Positions 11,562 to 22,939 of a stretch of DNA of 64,000 nucleotides are shown in pieces. The position numbers were made by a program, and so were the translations under genes. Below the pieces are notes generated by a model, which was not told the DNA's origin, did no database searches, and was given only the letters and a program-made list of their open reading frames with translations. The DNA lies in NCBI GenBank assembly GCA_951406725.2, contig OX597828.1:39060001-39124000 (forward strand). Direction: 5' to 3'. The DNA comes from Octopus vulgaris. Its lineage: Eukaryota. The first letter of the stretch is position 1; every line of letters begins with the position of its first letter.

Positions 11562-12613
11562 GAAACTCTTTCATGCCAGAGGTTTCCAGAGTGTTTTTAT
11601 TGTTTCAAAATCACCGTTTTAACACTACGAAAAATTCACAACCTAAACTCACTATCTATGACGGGATATGATTAGTAAATTAATAAATTAACACATTTGT
11701 GTTTATTAATCTAAATGTGACGACGGGTGGATTATACAATCACTGTTGCATCATACTAACAAAATACCTTTGTAGTATTTGTTTACATCCCTTTGCCTTT
11801 CATAAGTACTGGGTCAACTGCATCCAATAAATGAATATTAATATTAGTTCTAGCAGTTAATTACAATTTACAAGACCGAGTTCAAAACTTATTTTATCGA
11901 TTGCGGAAGATTTGAACTCAAAACATAAAAATATGTAATGAAATGCCACTTTGTCTGACGTTCGACCGATTTGCCATTTTGCAACATTGATTTCTTTTTA
12001 AATAGTTAGAAGACTTTAGATTACAAGGGTTGGAAAAAGAACTGCGTCAGAGAATGGAAATGGCTGCTACCGGAAGCAGTCAATTTACTAAAATCTTGAA
12101 TACGGGTGTTTTACTATTAATAACGACAGCTCAGACTTACGAACCAACGAAACATCCTCCAAGTAATCGCTCGATCAGGCAGAAATAAATAATATTTAAA
12201 TCACACTCTGCCGTCTTAAAGAAGGATACAATGCAACTTTGTATTTAAAAAACAGAACAGATTGTTACGCCTCATAAATCTGCTGAGTCAAGATTGGCCT
12301 GAGGCCAATAACAACTCGGATCACGGCATTGCTTGCAAAACCGGTAACAAATTGTATTGAAAATTTCAATGTCCCAAACAGATTATTTAATGTATAATCT
12401 AGTTTAGAAATATATAAATTTTCATTTAACTTGATGCGCTAAAATTGTACTTAAACAGGATTATGAGCTTTTTAAAATAAATAATGCAAGAGTGATTTTA
12501 TAGTAGTATTTAATAGTTGGTGTGTGATATGAAGGTCATCAAGAAATTATTTCAGTGAAGTTAGATATGCCTGAAAATATTAAATCTACCGATATCAAAA
12601 CAAATGTAGCAGT

Positions 12614-12667
<54 letters not shown>

Positions 12668-14055
12668 CAAAAGGAATTTTCCTCATGCTTGTGTATGGTT
12701 TTGGCTTTTGTATTTCTATTATTCGCGTTAAATATTCGAGAGAAAAACATTTGTGCAACACACTTAGGAAATGTGAATTTATGAAAACATTATTTAGTAA
12801 ACGATTGCATTGTTTTTATTATGTGAAAGACCGAAAGATTCACAAAGATTTTTATGGCTTACTAGATCATTTTCTTGATATACGTTTAAAGATTAAAAAA
12901 AGAAGTTTTCTTAAATATGATATTCTTGGGTAAATATCTGGGAAAAGACAGTGCAGGAGAAATGGAATTGTCTGAAACTGCCCTTCTTTTACAAGGAAGG
13001 CTATAAATAATAAATTCTTGTTCAGTCGTGCCTGAATGAGCAAGTAAACCTATTACCAAAGGCTTTCCAACCAAGTTGGTTTCTTTCTTTTTTTAATATC
13101 TAAAATTACATTTTCCAATTTGGATAATTTGGTTGGTATTTCTTGCATGTCGAACGACCGCATTGACGCTCATTTCGTCAGCTCGCACTATGTCCAAAAA
13201 AAATAAGAACACGCCAAAAGACTTCCCGGTACATGAAATTTGTGGCCATGTGCCTAAGCTGGAAATTAAATAAACACATATCGTTTTCTGTTTCATACTT
13301 CTTTCTGTTGGTTATAATTATTCCTAAAATTACTTCCAGTGAGAAACATGTAAACATGGTGATTTTCATTAAAAGATTTTTATTTTGTTTCGTTTAGCTA
13401 CGTTTTTAACTGCTTCAAAAACACAAGTAATATTTAATCGAAAGAACTTCTGTTTGGTCGCTCGTAATAACAGCTAACTCTTCCTCAACATCAAATGTCT
13501 TTGATTCCCAAAAGCTAAAAAAAATAATGGTTGATCAAAGTAGGAACAGCTCCGTCATTGACCTGTTCGGTTAAGGCTGACTTGGAGCTAAATAAATATA
13601 CTGAGTTTTATTGATCGTTTTTTTTTAATGTCGATAGCATTACTAATTGGAATTAATTTTTGTTTTTGATTTGCATTTAGTTGAATTATTTACATTCAAT
13701 AATTATTTCATGCAGGTTCGTTTTTTTCTTCGGCTTATATAATTGAAAATATTATGAGAAATCGATTTTAATATATGAACGGTGATATAGGTATTCATTT
13801 TATTGAAAAATAGCAGACGAAATCACTCCCGGTAGATTTTTTTAACCCTTAACACTCTTACGCAATTTTCTGGCTTTGTTCTCGAGACGTCAGATTCTGT
13901 TGCAAGCCATATCTTTCTTGAGAGTGTCAAGATGTATATTTTGATCGATTTATTATATACCAAACGGAATATGTTCAGTTTCAAATAGCTTTTTTTCTGC
14001 TTTGATTTATATTGGAGCGGATTTGTTGCTTTTAAGATTATACTGTGAGCCTAGA

Positions 14056-14098
<43 letters not shown>

Positions 14099-14868
14099 TA
14101 CACTACGAGTCATCTGGGAAAGAACATGTAAAGGAAAATTTTATATGCACACACTCAAAACATGAAATAGAGAGGGGAACGGCGTAATTCGAGAACAGCG
14201 GTAATGGGGATTGCGAAAAACCGACGTGGCTCTTTCGAATTACCGAAACGGATATGTGATTGCCTCATAAGTATAAAAAAAAATCATTCATCTTTCCCTA
14301 AGCTAATTTTTTCCTTTAAAAATGGTGTTCGAATTTTCATGTTTTGAACATCATAGGTTCTGATTTTAAAGAAAAATTGTTTTACCTCCCTCCTTTTACT
14401 GATGAGTAAACAGATCATTTTTAATTTCTAAGGCTTAAATAAATTCGGGATGTAGTTCACAAAAATTATATTTAGTGATATAAACGTGTTTTTTTGTCTG
14501 GTAATAAATCCGACACTTTAATTGAAAAAAAAATTTTTTTTTAAGGTGAAGTGTTATATTTATTGTTAGCAGTGCAATGATAGAGAATGGCCAATAAATA
14601 ATAAATTAAAATATTTTTTTTAACAATCGGAATTTCCGATGGTCTAAAACAGAAATGGGAAAATAGTTTTTCTAAAAAAAAAGTCAGAAATAGATAAGGC
14701 ATTGATTTGCCCATTTTGAAACATGTCGAAGTTTAGAAACAAACTAGTTCGAACCCAATCCGGAACTACGTACACGTTAAAATATTGTAAATATACTCTA
14801 ATTATGAAGTTAGTAATCCTAAAATCATAACCATACGAAAAGCCTTTTAGACATACCCCCCCCCCCCA

Positions 14869-14962
14869 ACTTTGTTTCCTCATAACTTTCAGTAAAATGG
14901 ATTTTTTATGGAAGATTCTACAAATACTTTTCAGATTATGTACATTATGATTACATCATAAT

Positions 14963-14995
<33 letters not shown>

Positions 14996-15223
14996 ATGTA
15001 TTGGGGCGCGTACACATACATACTAGCATGCATCACATAAAAGACTTGAAATTTTGAAAACAGTTATGAGATGCTTATCAGTTTGTATGTGTGCACGCCC
15101 ACCAATCATTTTTTTTTCACTTAAATTCTTAAATAATCGTTACCTACACCGCTTAAAAGGTATTTATAGGAAATTTTCATAAAAAAACATATCCATTTTT
15201 TGAAAGTCATGAGGAAACAAAGT
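14869..15223. mobile_element. Inner inverted arms of an old foldback DNA element; outer ends unresolved
   Basis: ~65-bp imperfect inverted repeat 14869-14933 vs 15152-15223 (ACTTTGTTTCCTCATAACTTTCAG.. / ..GAAAGTCATGAGGAAACAAAGT), sharing the CATAACTTT..AAAATGGAT motif with the 16044 element. Confidence 0.55.
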
Positions 15224-16043
15224 CGAGTGAAGATACACTTGTAGGTACGCCAGCTTTTGTTTGCTTAATTTTTGAGATATTTTCATCGGTGTCGAACAAA
15301 ATATACACCTACCTCATACTGACGTTACTATGTATAATTATTTCCCTTTATATATATATATATATACTCTTTTACTTGTTTCAGTCATTTGACTGCGGCC
15401 ATGCTGGAGCACCGCCTTTAGTCGAGCAAATCGACCCCGGGACTTATTCTTTCGGTCACTTTTGCCGAACCGCTATATATATTTTTTTAATAATTGACAA
15501 ACACCCTCCTTAATTAGATTTTCGTTACTTTTAGTCGACAAATTTACTAAATTGAACCAAATTGTATTAAGACAAAACTGAAATTAAAATAAATGTCACA
15601 TTTGTTATTGAGTGTACGAAAAGGATTTCTCATTCTGCATCGATTGCTATCGAAATTCCTTACGATGGCTTTCATATACAGCAATAGCTGTTATCTTTTG
15701 AAATCTGTATGAACATCGTAATTCTCACCGGTGGTGGTTTGTTTACGTCCCCGTAGCTTAGCGATACAGCAAAAGAGCCCGATAGAATAAGTACGAGAAT
15801 TAAAAAAAAAAAAAGTATCGGGGTCAGTTCAGGCAAAACCCCTTAAAAGTAGTGCTCCAGTATGGTCGCAATCCAGTGACTGAAACGAGATAGATTTCAT
15901 CAAAGGGAAATAAATGTAACACATTATAAACACACCTATGCGAGGGAAGTAATTATTTCATTTTACGCGAACATTTCTTTTAAGTCATCAAATTATTAAA
16001 AGATGCTTTTATTTTATTTGAATTTTTTTAAAGAATATTTTTA

Positions 16044-16984
16044 GTTAATGTTTACTTTAGCACCCGGCCAACAAAACAAAAAGACAAGTGTAACAGGTGT
16101 AAAAAAAAATGTATTAAACGAATATGAAAAAAATTTGCGCCCACGAGCCGGGCGGAGGGTGGAGAGGACTTTCGGAAAATTCACAAGATGTGTTTTTTTT
16201 CCCTCATAACTTTTAGGAAAATGGATATCTTTTAATGAAATTTTATATAAATACCTTTTAGACGGCATATATTGCGATTATAAACAAATTCGTGGGGGAT
16301 AATTTTTTCCGAGGGGGTGAGGAGAGGACTTTCGAAGAGAAAAAAATTCATAAATTATTTTTTTGCTTGTAATGGAAGTAAGTTTGAAAAAAAAGTTTTA
16401 GATTCATTTATTTTTCGTTTCAATTGTAGAAAAAGATTTTTAAAAAAGATCCCATGTGTCGCGGTGAGAGAAACAAATTCATAAATACTGTGTTGAATAC
16501 GGATGGCTTCACTGTGGAAAAAAGTTAAGGACGATTTAGCTATTGTTTTTAGCACATATCCACCGTTGGGATCTTTTTTGAAACTTTTTTTTGTTACTCA
16601 AACGTAAAATGAATAAATCTAAATTTCAAAAAAATTTTTTTTTTCCAGTACACTCAAGCAAAAAAACAAACAAACAATTTATGGTTTTCTTTTTCTTCGA
16701 AAGTCCTCTCCCGTTCCCTCCAGGAAAAGTTTTCCCCACAAATTTCTTTGTAATAGTAATCTATGCCGTTTGAAAGATATGTATATAAAATTTCATTAAA
16801 AGATATCCATTTTCTTAAAAAGTTATGAGGGAAAATATCGGATCTTGTGAAATTTCCGAAAGTCCTCTCCCCACCTCCGATTCGTTGGCGCATATTTTTG
16901 TTTTCATATTCGTTTAATACACATTATTTTTTTTTTACCTATTTTACTTTTTTTTTCTTTTGATAGCCAGGTGTAAACATTAAC
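16044..16984. mobile_element. Large foldback MITE (~940 bp, ~410-bp imperfect arms)
   Basis: Termini GTTAATGTTTAC / GTAAACATTAAC; arms align throughout (e.g. GGAGAGGACTTTCG twice vs CGAAAGTCCTCTCC twice). TSD is unresolved in T-runs. Confidence 0.8.
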
Positions 16985-17044
16985 CATTTTTTAAAATAAA
17001 CTTTGCATATTTGCGGTAACTTTTGGCTTAATTAAATTTTTTAG

Positions 17045-17080
<36 letters not shown>

Positions 17081-17218
17081 CAGCGGTAGGACAGGTTAGT
17101 GGTGGATATTAAAATAGCCGAGGGGATAAGATATTCGGTGGTTCCCGTTAACTTTAGGGTTTGAAATAGATTTTCTTTTTCCTTCAAAAAAAAGTAAACA
17201 CTCAGATTCGTGTTTTTT

Positions 17219-17228
17219 GCGCATGCGC
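17219..17228. promoter_or_regulatory. Perfect NRF1/Ewg-type palindrome GCGCATGCGC
   Basis: Exact consensus motif near the downstream edge of the CpG-retaining domain; function unproven. Confidence 0.3.
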
Positions 17229-17515
17229 GTTAGCACATGCAGTAATCTTTAAATAGTACAGTGCATGATACGTAGTATTTTAGTATTTCGTATAGTGTTT
17301 ACGGTTGAAAAGCTGTAGTTGTGATAAAGTTTCTTTGTGCACGAGGGAAAATTTAGGGGTTCAAACCAAACTAGGGAAAAATTGAATTGTTTCAGACCGT
17401 AACGTACGAGATACCCGATATTGGATATCGGGTATCCATAGATCCATAGATGGAGTGATAATCCATTGCAGGTGTTTATTGTGTTTCTGCATTGGTTAAC
17501 CGCTTTGGTAAACTG

Positions 17516-17596
17516 AGGTAAATAATACGCACACCACCCGTTTTCGGTGTAATTAAAATCTTAACCCTAAACACTGGGTGTGCATATTCTTTACCT
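17516..17596. mobile_element. Short inverted-repeat element (mini-MITE remnant)
   Basis: AGGTAAATAATACGCACACC vs GGTGTGCATATTCTTTACCT with internal TAACCCTAA; no clean TSD. Confidence 0.45.
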
Positions 17597-18714
17597 TTGC
17601 CTTTTGGTGTATGGATAATTTACCTTGTTTTGTTTAGACCCTAATTAACCCTAATTGTATACATCTATGATTAATGGCATTCCAGCCTTGCCCATCCCGT
17701 CTTTATGGTTACCTAGGACGATATCGTCCAATGTGTTCTTCCTTTCTTAAAATGTTATGGTGTGGTTTTAGTAACTTTAAGCTGCTATTTCCAGCAGGTC
17801 TGTGCTACTCGGTGGTTAACTCGATCGTTTGTCTCCGAGTTTTCCAATTTTATTTTGGCTCGGAACCCTATTTTACGGACAACTACCACCCTAATTTTGA
17901 GAAGACATTAAATGAATAAAAAATTATTTTAGAATTTATTCTTGAAAAGGAAATTATTCTGAAAATAAATGTTCTTATTTAGATTAAAATCTTAGAATTT
18001 CATTATGTTACATGAATGGTAACTTAGGATTTTTATTGATCGAACACCAACGTGATTTTACAAATTTATAAACGAACCAATGACGGGCTCTACATGGGCT
18101 CTCAAAGGTTTTATAGATAGCGGTCACATATCTCTCAAACTTCACATAACTGTTTCTAAAAAGGAGCAAGACACCTTGAATAATTCAGTCTGAGGTAAAC
18201 TGTCTGAACCCCCACCCCAACCTCTCTAATGTCGTTGATCATTGGTCTTCTTGATCTGAGTCTAAACAACATCAATGTTATAACCACCACATAAAAAAAA
18301 AATGATCAATTAGTTGGTTAGATATTTAACCATTTGACTATCTATAAAGAAGTGGAATTGGACCTGTGTGTGTGTTTTATTAATTATTGGTGTAATGACT
18401 CTCCCAAGACACAAACAATATTTGTTTCAACACAAATTCACATCAAGAATCTTGCAAACCAAATTCAAAAACCAAGAATGATGTATATAGTCATGCAGGA
18501 ATGCCTTCAATCTTAGGATTGTTCAATCAAAGTTTAGTTGGCCTAAAAAACTATTTTCAGAGAACCTCTATGTGGTCGCCTGACCTGCTAGAAATAGTTG
18601 TCAAATACCTTCAAGTCACCCTATAAAGTCTTTGAAATAAATAGGTGGGGCACAATGTAATTGTATCATAAAAAAACAATAACAATCGGCCACTCCTACT
18701 TCACTTAGTTCCAG

Positions 18715-18940
18715 TGTTTGAATCAACTAGGTGACATTCTCCACATGCCTGACAATGACATTAATGAGCTCCTGGTTGTTGAATCAGCTGAGCTTCTAAC
18801 TGGGACAAATGGTTAGGTAGTATCTGACAATAAACATGAGGTGACAACAATTCACCTGAGTGTGAGATAGTATTGGTGTCACCCTTGAGACTAACTTCAA
18901 TGGTCAGAGATGCCCTCCTTTGTAGCCAGAATCGATCCTC
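18715..18940 (+). mobile_element. Possible highly decayed RTE LINE fragment
   Basis: QLGDILHMPDN resembles RTE QLRWxGHxxRMPD; weak match. Confidence 0.3.
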
Positions 18941-19092
18941 TGGTCACATATTGTCTTCTACCTCTCTCTAATTCTCTTTCTTTGGTCCTGGGTCAGTCTT
19001 TTTGTTTTTTTTATGGAATGCCCTGAATACTTGCAAAAGAGTGGACCCTGCTAAAGACACTCAACATGTCAAATGGAGGCATTGGTCTAGAC

Positions 19093-19332
19093 CAGTGATA
19101 CCTGTGGGGCCTGGGAAAATTGTAGTGGGAAGATGAATCCAATTTTTTTCTTTCTTAGTCAGTAATGTACTTTCATTCTTGTACTCAGTACTTAATAAAA
19201 AGAGTTACTGGCAGATTATTTTGTATTAAATAATTATAAAAAAAATATTAAAAATAAAGTTGGTTTTTTTCCAACCACCAGTGGGGCATGCATTTTTCTG
19301 GATAGTTATAGTGGGGCCTGGGGGAAACATTG
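19093..19332. mobile_element. Degenerate hAT (Charlie/Buster-like) MITE
   Basis: 8-bp direct repeats GTCTAGAC (19085-19092, 19333-19340), the NTCTAGAN target type; degenerate TIRs CAGTGATACC / GGAAACATTG. Confidence 0.55.
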
Positions 19333-20520
19333 GTCTAGACAGTGGATTAAGTCTACTGACCAAGTAGGCCATGGTGGAATTTGAACTCAGAATGCTAAGA
19401 GCCAGAACAAATAACATAGGCATTATCCATCACTAATGAATCTTAGAAGACCACATTATTCAATGTGTCCTTCATGTTTTTATGGAATGGCAGTGTGATT
19501 TGAGGAAGATTTGGCTACTAATTTTTATGTCAAGCAATTATATAGGAACTCTTGCATTGGCTCGTTGTTGCATGTCCTCGTGTTGGTTGTTGCTGTTGTA
19601 TTCATTGTATGATATTCTCCTGGGTTAAAACAGAAGCAATACCACCACTACTGCTGTTAACAACAGAGTATAGATGTGGGGCAGATGTACTATCCAGTAA
19701 ATATGTAATACAACTGTTACATAACTGGCAAGTTACTACCACGACTAGTTTCATGATTTTTTTTTTTCTTTTTGGCATGTTGCTACTGTTCATTAATTAC
19801 TTAATATTGATTTCTTATTGATTACACTCAAAGCCTATTTATTAAAGAGGAAGGGTGTAGAAATTGAATTGATGGGTTATTTTTCATTCGTTGTTGTTGT
19901 TATTGGTGGCAGAATTGTTAGCATGCCGGACAAAATGCTTAGCAGCATTTCATCTGTCTTTGCATCTAATCCTGCCAAGTTTGACTTTGCCTTTTAATGT
20001 TTCAGGTTTGATAAAATAAGTATCAGTTGAGTATTTGGGTCACTGTAATCAATTAGTACCCTGCCCCCCGAATTTCAAGCCTTGTACTTATAGTAGAAAG
20101 AATTATTATTATTATTATTTACGTTCTGAGTTCAACTTCCGCCCAGGTCAACTTTACCTTACATCCTTTCAGGGTCGATAAATTAGTACCAGTTGAATAT
20201 TGGGGATCAATATAATTGACTCATCCCCTCCCCCCAAATTGCTGCTCTTGTGGCAACATTTGAAACCATTATTGTTATTATTATTATTACTGTTATTAAA
20301 GCAGTAAGCTGATAGAAGTGTTAGTACACTGGACAAAATGGTCAGTGCCATTTTTTCCAGCTTTACATTCTGAGTTCAAATGCCATTGAGGTTACTTTGC
20401 CTGTCATCCTTCCAGGGCTGATAAAATAAGTACCAGCAGAGCACTGGAGTTGATGTAATCAACTTTCCCCCTCCCCCACACTTGCTGGCTTGGTGCCAAA
20501 ATTTGAAACCATTATTAGTA

Positions 20521-20884
20521 TTACCTCAACCCTAGTGAAGGCGGAGGTATTGTTTTCAGTCATGTTTGTTTGTCTGTGGACAAGATATCTCAAAAACTGC
20601 TGAATGGATTCGGATAAAACTTTTAGGGATGTTTGGCCCTGTGATTGGCATGAACTGATTAGATTTTGGAATTGATCTGGTACCAGACAAGGATTCTGGA
20701 TTATTTATCTTGTTTTTTTTTACTTAATTTTTGAGAGCAGTCGTGTTCATTTTTAATATTCTTGTTTGTGAGAGCAGTCAAGTTTATTTCAGATATTCTC
20801 ATTTTAAAGATCATCTCCAGCTAATTGTTGAGAGGATGTTGATGTTGCCTTGGTGGAGGTTTGCGCTCTCTGAGTGCCCTTGTT
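20521..20884 (+). mobile_element. Helentron-type non-autonomous element (HINE/DINE-1-like)
   Basis: 5' TTACCTC..GGCGGAGGT hairpin/subTIR, then a GTTT/GTCT microsatellite, 3' subTIR CCTTGGTGGAGGT and terminal stem GCGCTCTCTGAGTGC; inserted in a T-rich (TAT)n site. Confidence 0.75.
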
Positions 20885-21096
20885 ATTATTATTATTATTA
20901 TTTTTATTAGTCAGATTGGTAGATTGACGGAATTGTTAAAATTTATGTCAGTGTATTTTCCAGCTCTTTGCATTCTGTGATCAGATCTTACTGGGATCAA
21001 TTTTGCCTTCTAGCCTTCCAAACTCAATATAATACTATAACAGTTAAATACTTGGGTTGATGCAATTGACCAACCTCACTGTCTCCCGCCCTTCCC

Positions 21097-21422
21097 CAGG
21101 TAAAGGGGTAAAGACCTCCTTCGGTCATGATTGACCATGGGATTGCACTTAGAAAGTTACCCTCTCAGCCACAAGTTCAAGCAAGGTTGTTTATTGAAGA
21201 CCAGCTGTCGCCATGCATGCCGGCCTCCCCTCTTCATGCCACTGATGTTTGGACAAGGACAAGGCAAAGGGGCTGATACAGCTTGGCACCAGTGACATTG
21301 CAACTCATTTCTACAGCTGAGTGAACTGGAGCAACGTGAAATAAAGTGTTTTGCTCAAGAACACAATCACCACCTCATGATTGTAAGCCGACACTCTAAC
21401 CACTGAGTTATGCACCTTCACC
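21097..21422 (-). mobile_element. tRNA-derived SINE, family F
   Basis: Head GTGAAGGTGCATAACTCAGTGGTTAGAG and central TTGAGCAAAACACTTTATTTCAC..CACTCAGCTG. Related copies at 21865-22085, 25632-26095, 35845-36060(-) and 59150-59286(-). Confidence 0.75.
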
Positions 21423-22700
21423 AGCACCCCACTCCACTTCCAACATTCCAGGTCTTGTGCCTATGTTAGGAACAATTATTACTGACAGTGTCACATTGCT
21501 GAAGTCTACATCTTTGCATTCTGTCGACTTGTCCACCCTCAGGTCATAAGATTTGTTAAATACCCCCTCCCCACCCTCCTCTTCTGGCCTTCAACTGCAG
21601 TTAAACACCACAAGGTAAAAACAGGTTGTTTAATTTAATGCTAGAATATGAAAACATTTGTGAATGTGATGTGTCATTTCAAAAAGCCAAGTACCACACT
21701 ACAACTTCTTATTAACATTAAAAAGAGTAAAAGCAAAGGTGACAGGCAAACTTGACCTGTTTTGATATCAACTCAGAAAAAACAAAATGAAAAAAAAAAA
21801 CTTTCAATGAACACAGTATATTACTCATTTCTTCTATAATTAATAGCTTTGCTTAAATAATTTGGAGGTGATTGGCTTTGTGGTTAGGGTGATGGACTCA
21901 TGATGGTAATATTGTGGTTTCGATTCCTGGACTGGGCAATACCTAGTGTACTTGAGCCAAACACTTCATTCATTTTACATTGCTCCAGTCCACTCAGGTG
22001 GCAAAAATGAGTAACCATGTGACAATCTGGTGTTCCACATGTACACCAGAAAAGCTGGGAAACTGACCTTAACGGTCCTTATGGAATAATGTTGACTAAC
22101 CTCAAATAATCTCCCATCGTTTTGTTTAATTGAAATAAATAAAACATTGATGATTTATTATTAACTTTCTTATGATATGAGCAAAATAAATGAAATGTTT
22201 GGATCTTTTTAAAATTTTCCAAAGGTCCAAATACTATTTAGCTATTCACGAAAAGAGGATTATGAACTTCATTCACTAATAATTTGCTACCACCCTATTA
22301 TACACTTGTTATAGATTATATTATCATTATATCCAGTTAAAATTACTTTGAATGGAATATTTTCTGGTCTTCATACAAATTAAAATAAATAACTATGGTC
22401 ATTTGTTTATCATCTAACATCTTTATCTATATAATCAGTGCTATGTTGAACAGATCTTGACTGTCAGAATATAAATATTTTATTTATAAATGGGATTTCA
22501 GTTTTCAATATATTTTTATATCTTCTGCACTGGTGTGACAGAAAGAAGCCAGCTTGTACTTGTAATCTAACCAATTCTTAGATATGGAACATAGGTGTGT
22601 TAGACAATGGCCGAGAGACATTGAGAACAACAGTTCTGCAAGCATAGTAATGAATAACCTGGACAAATTAGCTGAAAGGGTCAGTGATCAGTATTTAGAT

Positions 22701-22939
22701 CACTTGTTCTCAGCCATTTTTTACCTATGGTCTCTTCTGATTCCTACTTTATTCCAGTAGACCCTCAGATGTTCAGTGATTAAAAAATCCTTTCATATTT
22801 TTATAGTTAAATCTCATTCAGAGTTGTTAAAATATTTTCTGTATTGCAGAATCATAGCCAATTTATTGGACACAAATTTTAATAACAAAAACTTAAATAG
22901 ACCTCCAAGGGTCATATGGGCCCCAGTTGAGAACCACTG
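22701..22939. mobile_element. hAT (Charlie/Buster-like) MITE
   Basis: TIRs CACTTGTTCTCAGC / GTTGAGAACCACTG; 8-bp TSD ATTTAGAT / ACTTAGAT. Confidence 0.7.
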
